Source of the DNA: an uncultured Bacteroidota bacterium
Lineage (GTDB): Bacteria; Bacteroidota; Ignavibacteria; UBA10030; UBA6906
Assembly: GCA_963700635.1 (NCBI GenBank)
Contig: CAVOYH010000004.1
Span: forward strand, 704,001-768,000
Length of the DNA stretch: 64,000 nt
Direction of reading: 5' to 3'
Of the stretch, positions 20,934 through 30,640 are shown in pieces (the first letter of the stretch is position 1; every line of letters begins with the position of its first letter). The position numbers were made by a program, and so were the translations under genes. The notes under the pieces are model-generated. The model did not search any database. It saw only the letters and a list, made by a program, of their open reading frames with translations, and was not told where the DNA came from.

Positions 20934-23015
20934 ATGATTCAGGCAGAACGTATTCTGGTTACCGCGGCGTTACCCTATGCCAACGGCCGTATTCACCTGG
21001 GGCACCTCGCGGGGGCGTATCTTCCGGCCGATCTGTATGTCCGGTACCAGCGGCTTAAACAACGCGACGTACTCTTCATCTGCGGCTCCGATGAGCACGG
21101 CGTCCCGATCACCATCACGGCCGACAAGGAAGGCGTGAGTCCGCAGGATGTTGTCGATCGGTACCATAAGGCGAACGACAAGGCATTTGCGCTGTTCGGG
21201 ATGAGTTTTGACAACTACTCACGGACGTCACTTCCTCTCCATCACCTCACGGCGCAGGAGTTCTTCAAAGACCTGCACGCCCGGGGTATCGTAACGGAGA
21301 AGAAAGAGAAGCAGTTCTATGATGCGCAGGCGAAAAAATTCCTGCCGGACAGATATGTCGAGGGAACCTGTCCCGTGTGCTCCAACCCCGAAGCGCGCGG
21401 CGATCAGTGCGAAAAATGCGGCACATATCTCAGTCCGCTGCAGCTGCTGAACCCGCGCAGCAAGATCTCCGGCGCGACACCGGAAGTGCGGGAAACCTCA
21501 CACTGGTATTTCCCGCTGGGCTCCTATCAGAAACGGCTTGAGGCGTATATCCAGGACAGGCATACGCGGGACGGGTGGAAGGATAACGTTCTTAATTATA
21601 CCCGCGGGTGGTTCAAAGACGGTTTGCAGGATCGGGCGGTGACACGGGATCTTGACTGGGGCGTCAGGGTACCGCTTGAGGGTTATGAGACGAAAGTGCT
21701 TTACGTCTGGTTTGATGCCGTGCTCGGATATATCTCGTCAACACGGGAATGGGCGCAGCGGAAGGGCACACCCGATGCCTGGCGCCGTTACTGGCTTGAG
21801 AAAGATACGAAATATGTCGCGTTTATAGGGAAGGACAACGTCGTATTCCATTGTATCGTCTTCCCCGCAATGCTCATGGCCTGGAATGACGCCCACGACG
21901 ATCAGTACGTGCTTCCGGACAACGTCCCGGCGAATGAGTTTCTCAATTTTGAAGGGCAGAAATTTTCAAAAAGCCGGGGGTGGGGCATTTTTGTGGATGA
22001 ATTCCTCTCCCGTTTTTCGCCGGATTCCCTCCGGTACTATCTCTGCACCTCGTTGCCGGAATCCCGTGATTCTGATTTTACGTGGAAAGAGTTTCAGGCA
22101 AAAAACAATAATGAGCTCGCCGACATCTTCGGCAATTTTGTGAATCGCACGCTCGCGTTTTGTGTCCGGACATACGGGGGGACCCTGCCGGCGCGCGGCG
22201 AACTGAACGAACGTGACCGGACGATGCTGGATCTCGCAGGAAGGACCCCTGTCACCGCCGGCGTGTACATGGAGAGTTACCGGTTCAGGGATGGCATGGG
22301 CGAGGTGATGAATCTGGCGCGTGCGGCCAACAAGTACTTTAACGACAGTGAACCGTGGAAAACCGCCCAGAGTGATCCGGCTCGGTGTGCCACAACGCTG
22401 AACATTTGTGCCCAGGTCGTACGGACGCTGGCGATTCTGATGTCGCCGGTTGTCCCCGCAGCGTGTGAACGGCTCTGGACCATGCTGGGGCTTGCCGGCA
22501 GTGCCGCGGCACAGTCCTGGGACTCCGCGGGCGCTCCATCTCTGCCTGCCGGTCACACGATTGGTACCCCGGCGATCCTGGTAACCAAAATTGAGGATGA
22601 CGTGATAGCAAAGGAGTTAGAGAAACTCGGACAGGAGAACGGCGCCGCCGCGCCGGCGGACGCAAAACCTGCAACGCTCCCGCCCAAGGAACAGATCACG
22701 TTTGATGACTTCAAGAAGATTGATCTTCGTATCGCGCGCGTGCTCTCTGCGGAGGGGGTACCGAAGTCTGAAAAACTCCTGAAGCTTCAGGTGGAAGTGG
22801 GGAGTGAACGGAGACAGATTGTCGCAGGGATTGCGCAGCACTACGCTCCGGAATCCCTTGTCGGGAAGTCGATTGTGGTCGTCTATAATCTGCTGCCCGC
22901 AAAGTTAATGGGACAGGAATCACAGGGCATGCTGCTTGCGGCCTCCGATGCGGCCGGACGTCTTGTGATACTCGGTCCGGCGGGAGAGATTGAAAGCGGC
23001 AGCGTGGTGAAATAG
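20934..23015 (+). CDS. metG: Methionine--tRNA ligase with C-terminal tRNA-binding domain
   Basis: ALPYANG.IHLGH, GSDEHG, zinc knuckle, YVWFDA, KFSKS, C-terminal OB fold (RQIVAGI...SQGMLLAA). Confidence 0.97.
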   Translation: MIQAERILVTAALPYANGRIHLGHLAGAYLPADLYVRYQRLKQRDVLFICGSDEHGVPITITADKEGVSPQDVVDRYHKANDKAFALFGMSFDNYSRTSLPLHHLTAQEFFKDLHARGIVTEKKEKQFYDAQAKKFLPDRYVEGTCPVCSNPEARGDQCEKCGTYLSPLQLLNPRSKISGATPEVRETSHWYFPLGSYQKRLEAYIQDRHTRDGWKDNVLNYTRGWFKDGLQDRAVTRDLDWGVRVPLEGYETKVLYVWFDAVLGYISSTREWAQRKGTPDAWRRYWLEKDTKYVAFIGKDNVVFHCIVFPAMLMAWNDAHDDQYVLPDNVPANEFLNFEGQKFSKSRGWGIFVDEFLSRFSPDSLRYYLCTSLPESRDSDFTWKEFQAKNNNELADIFGNFVNRTLAFCVRTYGGTLPARGELNERDRTMLDLAGRTPVTAGVYMESYRFRDGMGEVMNLARAANKYFNDSEPWKTAQSDPARCATTLNICAQVVRTLAILMSPVVPAACERLWTMLGLAGSAAAQSWDSAGAPSLPAGHTIGTPAILVTKIEDDVIAKELEKLGQENGAAAPADAKPATLPPKEQITFDDFKKIDLRIARVLSAEGVPKSEKLLKLQVEVGSERRQIVAGIAQHYAPESLVGKSIVVVYNLLPAKLMGQESQGMLLAASDAAGRLVILGPAGEIESGSVVK

Positions 23016-23027
23016 ACGAGGAGGAGC

Positions 23028-24437
23028 ATGAGGTTCGTTGATTCCCATTCCCATCTGACATCACCTCAGTTCGATGTAGATCGGGATGAAGTTCTCCAGC
23101 GTGCAGAAGAAGCGGGTGTTGGCCTCATCATTAATCCGGGGTCCAATCTGGATGACAGCCGCCGCGCCGTTGAGCTGGCAGAGCGTCATACGATGGTCTA
23201 CGCTGCGGTCGGATTTCACCCGCATGACGCCAGACTCGCAGATGACGCCGGATTGGCAGCCATCGAAGAACTGAGCACCCATCCCAGGGTGGTTGCCATC
23301 GGTGAAATTGGTCTGGATTTCCACTACGATTATTCCCCCCGCGATGTCCAGCAGCGGGTGTTCAGCGCCCAGCTGGAAATAGCCCAGCGGAGGGACCTGC
23401 CCGTGATCATCCACACACGGGAATCCCTCGAGCCAACAATCGCAGCCGTGCTCGACAGTATCCAGCGGGCGCCCGGCTGGCGTAATGTTGCCGCGGAAAC
23501 GAACGGCAGAACACCCGGTCCCAGAGGGGTGTTTCACTGCTATCCCGGTGATGTGCCAACCGCGTCAAAACTTGTTGAGAACGGATTTTATGTGTCGCTC
23601 CCGGGGATCCTCACATTCAAAAAGCCGGGTCTCGCCCTCGCCGTTGCCTCAGGGATCTCGGCCGAACATCTGCTTCTGGAAACAGACAGCCCGTATCTCA
23701 CGCCGGTGCCGTACAGGGGTCAACGGAACGAACCGGCGTACCTTCCCCTGATTGCCTCCCGCCTTGCCGATGCGCAGGGGCTGACAATTGATGACATTGC
23801 GCGTACCACGACATACAATGTGTACCGGCTTTTCGGGATTGGAGACAAGCCCGATCCGCGTTTTACGTACACGCTCAAGAATTCGCTCTACATCAACCTG
23901 ACGATCCGCTGCAATGCCGATTGTGTGTTCTGTGACCGGAAGGGTGAAGCGGTTGTCAAAGGGCACAACCTGAAAATCGAGCGGGAGCCATCTGCTGAGG
24001 AAGTGCTTCAGGAAATCGGGGATCCGACCCGGTACGCCGAAATCGTCTTCTGCGGTTATGGCGAACCCACCATCCGGCTGGATACCCTGAAGGTTGTAGC
24101 GCAGGGGGTCAAGAAAAAAGGTGGACGGACACGCCTTAATACCGACGGCCACGGCAACGTCATCAACAAACGGAACATCGTTCCCGAACTCGTGGGCCTG
24201 ATCGATGCCGTATCCATCAGTCTCAACTCCACCGATCCGGCCCAGTATGGTGCGCTCATGCGGCTGGATGGCGCCCGTTTCTTCCCGGCAATGCTGGAGT
24301 TCGCAAAGGAGGCCGTACGGCTGCTTCCCCGGGTGGTGTTGACAATTGTTGATCTTGCGGAAGTGGATGAAGCCAGAGCCCGCACGTTCGTTGAACAGGA
24401 GGTCGGTGCAGTGTTTTCCAAGCGTCCCTTCTTCTGA
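23028..24437 (+). CDS. TatD-family hydrolase fused to a radical SAM domain
   Basis: DSHSH, GEIGLD, IHTRE, FHCY, LLETDSPY, then LYINLTIRCNADCVFC (CxxxCxxC), VFCGYGEP, RLNTDGHG. Confidence 0.9.
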   Translation: MRFVDSHSHLTSPQFDVDRDEVLQRAEEAGVGLIINPGSNLDDSRRAVELAERHTMVYAAVGFHPHDARLADDAGLAAIEELSTHPRVVAIGEIGLDFHYDYSPRDVQQRVFSAQLEIAQRRDLPVIIHTRESLEPTIAAVLDSIQRAPGWRNVAAETNGRTPGPRGVFHCYPGDVPTASKLVENGFYVSLPGILTFKKPGLALAVASGISAEHLLLETDSPYLTPVPYRGQRNEPAYLPLIASRLADAQGLTIDDIARTTTYNVYRLFGIGDKPDPRFTYTLKNSLYINLTIRCNADCVFCDRKGEAVVKGHNLKIEREPSAEEVLQEIGDPTRYAEIVFCGYGEPTIRLDTLKVVAQGVKKKGGRTRLNTDGHGNVINKRNIVPELVGLIDAVSISLNSTDPAQYGALMRLDGARFFPAMLEFAKEAVRLLPRVVLTIVDLAEVDEARARTFVEQEVGAVFSKRPFF

Positions 24438-25606
24438 TGACCACCCGGAAGATCCTGGTCCTTGCGGAAGGTCAACTCGGCGATCTTCTCCTGCTGACGC
24501 CCGCCATACGGGCCCTCCGCAACGGACACCCGGACGCGCGGATCACGGTCCTCATCTTTCACCGCCATCGCACTTCATCACCCGGACCAGCGCCCCTTCT
24601 TTTCCCCTCCGACGGTTCCGGCACAGCGGCTGTGATGACTTCCCATCCCTGTGTGGACGAAGTTCTGGAGGTCGACCGATCGGCATTGCGAGGGTTGGGC
24701 GGCCTGAAGAGGCTGTCCGGCGAGGTGTTCCTGGTGAGACAGATCCGGAAACGCCGCTTTGATTCAGTCGTGTGCACGTTTCCCGAAGACCGGTTCACGA
24801 TGCTTGCCTTCCTGTCCGGTGCGCAGACGCGCGTCGGGCAAAAACGTCAGGCACTCTCCCGGTTCCTGAACGTCACGCCTGCCATTTCCAAAAAGACGAT
24901 CGGCGTGCTGGCATACTATAACGCTCTGGCCGAACACAGCGGCGGGCATGTCAGGAGTTCGCGCACCGAATTTTACATCTCCCCCGGTGCAGAGAGGACC
25001 TCGGCGGCCCGATTGCGGGAGGAGGGGAGACTGAACGGCCCCTGGGTCGCGGTTCATCCCGGGGCGAGCGGAGACTATAAAGTCTGGCCCCCCGAGCGAT
25101 ACGCGGCGTTGATAAACGGGTTACATGCGAAGCAGATCCCCGTATTGCTCTTCGGGGGGGGCGCGGATGATACAATCCTGGGCGCTGTTCTGGAGCATGT
25201 CTCTGCGCCGGTCACAACCATCAGAACGGGAAATGACGTCACCCTGCTCGCGGCATATCTCCGGCGGGCGGCCCTCTGCATTACCAATGATTCCGGTCCG
25301 CGGCACCTGGCTGTCGCGGTTGGGACGCCATCTCTTGCATTGTTCCGGCAGTTTCACGGAAAAGAATGGGCCGTCTATCCTGAGAGTGCGGTGTGTGCTA
25401 CCCTGACGGGCAGTTCTGTGTGTGCGGCGTGTCCGGCGTCGGTGTGCCTGGACCGTGTCCCGCCGGGGAAGCGATACGGTTCAACGTGCCTGAGGGAGAT
25501 CACCGCGGACGAAGTGATGGCCCGAGCCCTGACCATGCTTGCTACCTCTTCTGCAGGTACTCGTCGTACGTCTTCTGATGATACGGGTCAATCCGTGACA
25601 GCATGA
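24437..25606 (+). CDS. Glycosyltransferase family 9 (LPS heptosyltransferase-like)
   Basis: LGDLLLLTPAIRALR, VHPGAS..YKVWP.ERY, ITNDSGPRHLAVAVGTP. Confidence 0.88.
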   Translation: MTTRKILVLAEGQLGDLLLLTPAIRALRNGHPDARITVLIFHRHRTSSPGPAPLLFPSDGSGTAAVMTSHPCVDEVLEVDRSALRGLGGLKRLSGEVFLVRQIRKRRFDSVVCTFPEDRFTMLAFLSGAQTRVGQKRQALSRFLNVTPAISKKTIGVLAYYNALAEHSGGHVRSSRTEFYISPGAERTSAARLREEGRLNGPWVAVHPGASGDYKVWPPERYAALINGLHAKQIPVLLFGGGADDTILGAVLEHVSAPVTTIRTGNDVTLLAAYLRRAALCITNDSGPRHLAVAVGTPSLALFRQFHGKEWAVYPESAVCATLTGSSVCAACPASVCLDRVPPGKRYGSTCLREITADEVMARALTMLATSSAGTRRTSSDDTGQSVTA

Positions 25607-26444
25607 CGTAAATGGAGCGGTCCGGATAGTCCTGCAGGACGTCGGCGAGCTCCATGTATTTTGTATCGAAGAATGTTTTGAGCGCGAGGTTCCGGGCCTC
25701 GATGCTCTTTCGAGCCACCCCGATCGCTTCAACCGCCTTCACGATGTTCCGGAGGGCCTTCCTCTTGTCTATCTTCAGCGAATCCAATCCCTCAAAGTGA
25801 TAGTAATACGAAGCCGCCCGGATTGCCGCTACCGTGGGATTCAGGAGTTCAGACACCAGCTGGGTCCTGCTGTACCCTGACGTCAGGGGCTGCCAGCCTC
25901 TCTGGGATGTGGACCGGCCGAGACTGGCGACATTCGAGGCCTTCTGGAACCATGGCGTTCCGGCGAGATTCTCGTACGTGTCGTAATCGAAGCCCAGAAT
26001 GAGGTACACGTAAAAATCCAGAAAGCTGGTGAGATCGTTAAACGAATAGGGAGTGTGGTTGATGGGACGCTCTTTGATGTACGTGAACTCCCACGCTTCG
26101 TCAAACAGGCGTGCCACGGCGGTGTTCGTGTTCCCGCCATAGATGGGGCGCTGGCTTCCGATGAACACTTGAGCGCTGTATTTGTTTTCGCCACTCACCC
26201 CCTGTATAAAAATATCAAATGTACAACGTACTTTTTCCTCGATCTGATCGGTGCCCCACTGATAGTTGTTGACATAGGATCGTATGTTGCTTTCGAAGTC
26301 CCTCAACAGGTCTTTGTGCGACGCGGCGACACCCTCGTAGTTCACCCTCACCGTACAATCGATCTGCTGGGCATTGAGCGGTATTCCGTACATGATCCCG
26401 ACGAGGACCACGGTGATCATCAGGATGACGAATCGCGTGGACAT
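25542..26444 (-). CDS. DUF4835 family protein (T9SS PorD-like)
   Basis: Signal peptide LNA-QQ, CTVRVN, QRPIY, LTSFLDFYVYLILGFDYDT, GTPWFQKA, YHFEGLD. Confidence 0.8.
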   Translation of the reverse strand: MSTRFVILMITVVLVGIMYGIPLNAQQIDCTVRVNYEGVAASHKDLLRDFESNIRSYVNNYQWGTDQIEEKVRCTFDIFIQGVSGENKYSAQVFIGSQRPIYGGNTNTAVARLFDEAWEFTYIKERPINHTPYSFNDLTSFLDFYVYLILGFDYDTYENLAGTPWFQKASNVASLGRSTSQRGWQPLTSGYSRTQLVSELLNPTVAAIRAASYYYHFEGLDSLKIDKRKALRNIVKAVEAIGVARKSIEARNLALKTFFDTKYMELADVLQDYPDRSIYVMLSRIDPYHQKTYDEYLQKR

Positions 26445-26486
26445 GAGTGCTCCTTCTGAAAGGTAATCTCTATCCGAATATACACC

Positions 26487-26515
26487 TTTTGAGAGCGCTG
26501 TTCAATCTTTTCTTC
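26487..26515 (-). promoter_or_regulatory. Putative sigma70 promoter of DUF4835 gene
   Basis: Minus strand TTGAAC-N17-TATATT. Confidence 0.45.
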
Positions 26516-26557
26516 GGAATCTCGCGAGTTCGGTTGTAGACTGGGGAGGAGGTCTGT

Positions 26558-27382
26558 GTGACCGCTCACCAGTACGTTTGCGGGAGTCTGCTCTTCCTTT
26601 TCCCCTTCTCAGCAGACGCCGCGTTTGACCGGCTTGTTACCGGCGGGCGGCAGGCAGCCCTGGCCGGCGCGACGGTGGCCCTGGCGAGGGATCCCGGGGG
26701 AGGGTTTGGTAATCCGGCTGGCCTGCTCGGGCTCCCGGGATTCACCGTTGCAGCTACGGTGTCGCCGGCACTGTATGGAATTGAGGAGCTCCAGCATGCT
26801 GCCGCATCCGCGGTTCTTCCTGTTGTCTGGGGAGCAATCGGTGTGACGGCATCAACGATCGGCATCAGCGGGTACCGCGAAACTACGGCCGCTGTTACCC
26901 TTGCCGTGCATTGCGGCCGGGGGGCCGGTTTAGGATTCCGTCTGAATACACTCTGGCTGGGGATCACGGGGTACGGAAATACCATGGTGCCCGCCTGTGA
27001 TGCCGGATTCCATTACGTTGTGACCCAGTCGTTCGCCATCGGGTGCCTGCTTGCCAATGTCACCGGAACCCGACTCGGGCCGCAGCAGGAAGCACTTCCC
27101 CGGTCGCTTGAATGTGGTTTTGCCTTCGCCCCTCCGGATTCTCCGGTGATGGTGTGCGCCGCTGCCGCGAAGGAACTGTTGTCTCCGCTCGACTGGCGCA
27201 TAGGCGTTGCATACGGTCCGTACGATTGCCTGATTCTGCGAACCGGGATATCAACCGAACCTGCCTTCCTCTCAGGTGGTTTCGGAATCGTTGTGGCGCC
27301 TGTGGTGATAGACTATGCCGTCACCCACCACTGGCAATTGGGTCTGACGCATCATGTGTCCATCACCGTTGCTTTTGAGTAA
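26558..27382 (+). CDS. PorV/PorQ-like outer membrane beta-barrel protein
   Basis: Strong RBS GGAGGAGG, signal peptide, GGRQAALAGA.VA.......NPAGL, C-terminal H.QLGLTHHVSI..F. Confidence 0.65.
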   Translation: MTAHQYVCGSLLFLFPFSADAAFDRLVTGGRQAALAGATVALARDPGGGFGNPAGLLGLPGFTVAATVSPALYGIEELQHAAASAVLPVVWGAIGVTASTIGISGYRETTAAVTLAVHCGRGAGLGFRLNTLWLGITGYGNTMVPACDAGFHYVVTQSFAIGCLLANVTGTRLGPQQEALPRSLECGFAFAPPDSPVMVCAAAAKELLSPLDWRIGVAYGPYDCLILRTGISTEPAFLSGGFGIVVAPVVIDYAVTHHWQLGLTHHVSITVAFE

Positions 27383-29357
27383 CTCCCGGCGGAGCGTCCG
27401 AACGGTGTGCGGGATCTTCCTCCTTGCTGCACCTCCCGGCGGTGTATGCGCCTGTTCCGATTCATTGTTCCGGGTATCCACCGAAACAACCGACCTCTTC
27501 GATGTTGTGGAGAGGTATGCGGCGGAGGAGAGCGGCCAGGATCTGTACGAAGATCTCCGCTGGCTGGTGGAACATCCTCTTGATGTGAACTCTGCAACCC
27601 TGGAGGATCTTCTCCGGATTCCCGGGATCATGCCATCCGATGCGCAACGCGTACTCCGGCTGCGCCGCCGGGTCGGGAAGCTCACCTCTCTGGATCAGAT
27701 CCGGCGAATGGGAGGGGGAGGGAGAGGACTCTACCTTCTCCTCGCTCCCTTTGTCCGCATAGGAACAACTCAACATTTCCCGCTGCGCACACGGTCACGC
27801 TGGTCATGGAAATGGGGACGGCGTGCCGAAGAGGCGCACAACCCATCTCTCGGTCCGGCTTCCCGCGAACACCATCGTCTTGACGTTCCCCTGTGGGAGG
27901 GTGTGTCGTGTGGACTACACATGGCCCGGGATGCGGGTGAACGATATGCCCATGCGTTTGTATCCGGGTATCTACGCACGCGCGGACTCCTGACGTTCGA
28001 CGACCTGATTCTGGGCGACTATACGGTCTCGACAGGGCTTGGCCTTGTCCTGAGCGCGGCAGGCCCGGGATTTGGCGCGGTGGCTCCGGCAGGTGGGAAG
28101 AGCATAGAAACCCGCATCGAGCCGTTCCATGGATCCACCGAGTGCAACGTGCTCAGAGGAATCGCCGCGTCAAAGCGTCTCCGGTTCCGGAGCGGAACGG
28201 TGCAGCTCCTGGGACTTTTCTCCCGTACACCCCTTTCCGCTTCGCTCGATGGGACCGGTGAAATTCTAACCATCGATACGGAATCGGCGTTCACAGAGGA
28301 AGCGGATCTTGTGCGGCGGAACGCTGTCAGCGAAACGACCACGGCCCTGCGGGGCGTCCTGTCGCTGCGAGACGGATTGAGCATGGGTACTACGGTTCTG
28401 TACGCGGAGCTTTCCCGGAAACACTCCGGGCAGGGGGCGTTCCCAAAACCGCACTCCTTCCTGACGGTCTCGCTCGATGGTGCTTTTGACCGGGGACCTT
28501 TGTCCCTATCGACGGAATGGGCCTGGACGAAAGGCGGGCTGGCCCTGTCCGGCCGATGCCACATGACCCTGACAGAGCAGACTTCGGTCGCCTGCACGTT
28601 CTGGTCGTACGGAGCTGGTTACTGGAGCAGCAAGGCGGGGGGGATAGGCGCTGCCTCTGAAACCCGCAACGATCGTGGGATTCATTTCTCATGGTCCGGC
28701 AGAATCGGTGACCTTGCCACGCTGACAGGGTTTCTCCAACATCATCACCGCCCGTGGCGAACCTATTTTGACCCTGTGCCGCCGTCCGGAATGGACTTCG
28801 CCGTTGGGGTCTCCGTGCGGGTGGGGGCGGGCGTTACGCTCGAGGCCCGCGTCGCCTCCGGCCGGAATGAGCAGGCGGATTCATATGTCACATCAGGCGG
28901 CATGCCGGGGGTCCGCATGGTCTCCGTGACCCGCAACCGGCTGCGATGCGGCGTGGACGTGAGTCTGGGTTCGGCCGCAGGAATCCGGTCACGCGTGGAT
29001 TGGTGTACTCTCCTGGCCCCGGGCGTTCATGGTGGAGAGAAAGGCTGGATGCTCCTTCAGGAAGCGCGGATTGTCTGGCCGGGTGTGATCCGGGTGTACG
29101 CTCGCGCTGCGCTGTACCAGACGGACTCCTACGCGTCGCGGTTGTACGCACAGGAGCGTGACGTTGAAGGAGTCTACTCGAATCCCCCCTATTACGGAAC
29201 AGGATTCCGGTGGTATCTGATGTTCCGTCAGGCCCTATCCGGAGGCGTCTCTCTTTCCGCGAAGTATTCCGTCTCGACGGGTAGTGGTGGCGTATTCATG
29301 CTGCCTGCAGACCGCGCACTGACCGTACAATTGGATTTTCGGGAGGCGGGGGACTAG
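27375..29357 (+). CDS. Helix-hairpin-helix (ComEA-like) domain outer membrane protein (start uncertain)
   Basis: HPLDVNSATLEDLLRIPGI (HhH), ILGDY...GLGL, Y.TDSYASRLYA.ERDV....S.P.YYG.G.RWY, beta-strand C-terminus. Confidence 0.7.
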   Translation: MSNSRRSVRTVCGIFLLAAPPGGVCACSDSLFRVSTETTDLFDVVERYAAEESGQDLYEDLRWLVEHPLDVNSATLEDLLRIPGIMPSDAQRVLRLRRRVGKLTSLDQIRRMGGGGRGLYLLLAPFVRIGTTQHFPLRTRSRWSWKWGRRAEEAHNPSLGPASREHHRLDVPLWEGVSCGLHMARDAGERYAHAFVSGYLRTRGLLTFDDLILGDYTVSTGLGLVLSAAGPGFGAVAPAGGKSIETRIEPFHGSTECNVLRGIAASKRLRFRSGTVQLLGLFSRTPLSASLDGTGEILTIDTESAFTEEADLVRRNAVSETTTALRGVLSLRDGLSMGTTVLYAELSRKHSGQGAFPKPHSFLTVSLDGAFDRGPLSLSTEWAWTKGGLALSGRCHMTLTEQTSVACTFWSYGAGYWSSKAGGIGAASETRNDRGIHFSWSGRIGDLATLTGFLQHHHRPWRTYFDPVPPSGMDFAVGVSVRVGAGVTLEARVASGRNEQADSYVTSGGMPGVRMVSVTRNRLRCGVDVSLGSAAGIRSRVDWCTLLAPGVHGGEKGWMLLQEARIVWPGVIRVYARAALYQTDSYASRLYAQERDVEGVYSNPPYYGTGFRWYLMFRQALSGGVSLSAKYSVSTGSGGVFMLPADRALTVQLDFREAGD

Positions 29358-29527
29358 ATTATTCTGTGCGGTTGAAATTGTTGCGCGCTTTTCATTCATT
29401 ATATCGCTTTTGGCTACTCGGGCGGCACATTATATCCCTGCCGGGGAGGGCCACCCACGGTGAAATGATGGAGCTGGTCTGGATAGCCTGATGAAGAGAG
29501 GCGCAATGCAGGTTCGGGAAGGAGAAC

Positions 29528-30640
29528 GTGAAGTTGGCTGAGACGAAGAAAAGAGTTGTTGTCGCCATGAGCGGGGGTGTGGACTCTTCGGTGGCGGCGG
29601 CGGTTCTGGTGGAGCAGGGGTGTGATGTCGTGGGTATCACGCTAAAAACGTACCGCTACGAAGACGTCGGTTCGGTACCCTCAAACGAAAGCAGCTGCTG
29701 TTCGCTGGATGGAATAAATGATGCGCGGGGTGTCGCCGCACGCCTGGGGATTCCCCATTATGTTCTTGATTTCAGCGAGCCATTTGCCGAACGTGTCATC
29801 GACCCGTTTGTTGCCGAGTACCTGGCCGGACGCACGCCGAATCCATGCGTGCTGTGCAACCGGACCATCAAGTGGGAAGAATTGTTGAAAAAGGCCGATG
29901 CCCTCGGCGCAGAGTACGTTGCAACCGGACACTACGCACGCGTCGGGACCTGCGCAGATACCGGGCGGCTCTTTCTCTCAAAGGGGAAGGACAGTGAAAA
30001 AGACCAATCCTATGCGCTCTGGGGACTGACTCAGGAGTCGCTCCGGCGCACCCTGTTTCCCCTGGGAGACTATACAAAGGCCGAGGTGCGGGCAGCGGCG
30101 GTGCGGTTCGGGCTTACGGTGGCGGGAAAAGGGGAGAGTTACGAAATCTGTTTTGTACCTGACAACAATTACGAGCGGTTTCTGAAACACCGTGTTCCCG
30201 ATCTGGAGAAGAAAGTTCAGGGAGGGAAACTCGTGATGGATGGGATGGAAGTGGGCGAGCACCGCGGGTACCCCTTTTTTACCATCGGGCAGAGGCGGGG
30301 GCTGGGATTCGCGGCTGGAGAGCCGGTGTTTGTTACACGAATTGATGCTGCCTCAAACCGTGTGGAACTGGGAAGAGAAGGTGATCTCCTTGGAACCGGG
30401 TTAACGGCCTCACAGGTGAACATGATGAAGTACGAGAGTTGTCAGCCTGCCCGGCGTGTCCACGCCCGCATCCGCTCCCAGGATCCGGGTAAAAGCGCCA
30501 CCGTACGAACCCTGGATGGAGGCCGGATTGAAGTCCACTTTGATGAACCAAGACGGGCTATTACGCCGGGGCAATCCGTTGTGTTCTACGAAGACACAGA
30601 CGTGGTTGGCGGCGCGATTATCGATGAGGTCATGCGATAG
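29528..30640 (+). CDS. mnmA: tRNA-specific 2-thiouridylase MnmA
   Basis: [49 protein letters not shown]. Confidence 0.96.
   Translation: MKLAETKKRVVVAMSGGVDSSVAAAVLVEQGCDVVGITLKTYRYEDVGSVPSNESSCCSLDGINDARGVAARLGIPHYVLDFSEPFAERVIDPFVAEYLAGRTPNPCVLCNRTIKWEELLKKADALGAEYVATGHYARVGTCADTGRLFLSKGKDSEKDQSYALWGLTQESLRRTLFPLGDYTKAEVRAAAVRFGLTVAGKGESYEICFVPDNNYERFLKHRVPDLEKKVQGGKLVMDGMEVGEHRGYPFFTIGQRRGLGFAAGEPVFVTRIDAASNRVELGREGDLLGTGLTASQVNMMKYESCQPARRVHARIRSQDPGKSATVRTLDGGRIEVHFDEPRRAITPGQSVVFYEDTDVVGGAIIDEVMR

Noticed and set aside
29358-29527. mnmA leader containing GAAA...GTC...CTGATGA (hammerhead-like), CAGGTTCGGGAAGG (SRP-like) and two tiny overlapping ORFs (29465-29491, 29491-29541)
   Set aside because: Hammerhead stems I and III do not pair, the SRP AGCAG partner is missing, and SAM/fluoride riboswitch consensus is not met. 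The mini-ORFs have no supporting evidence. An Rfam scan would settle it.
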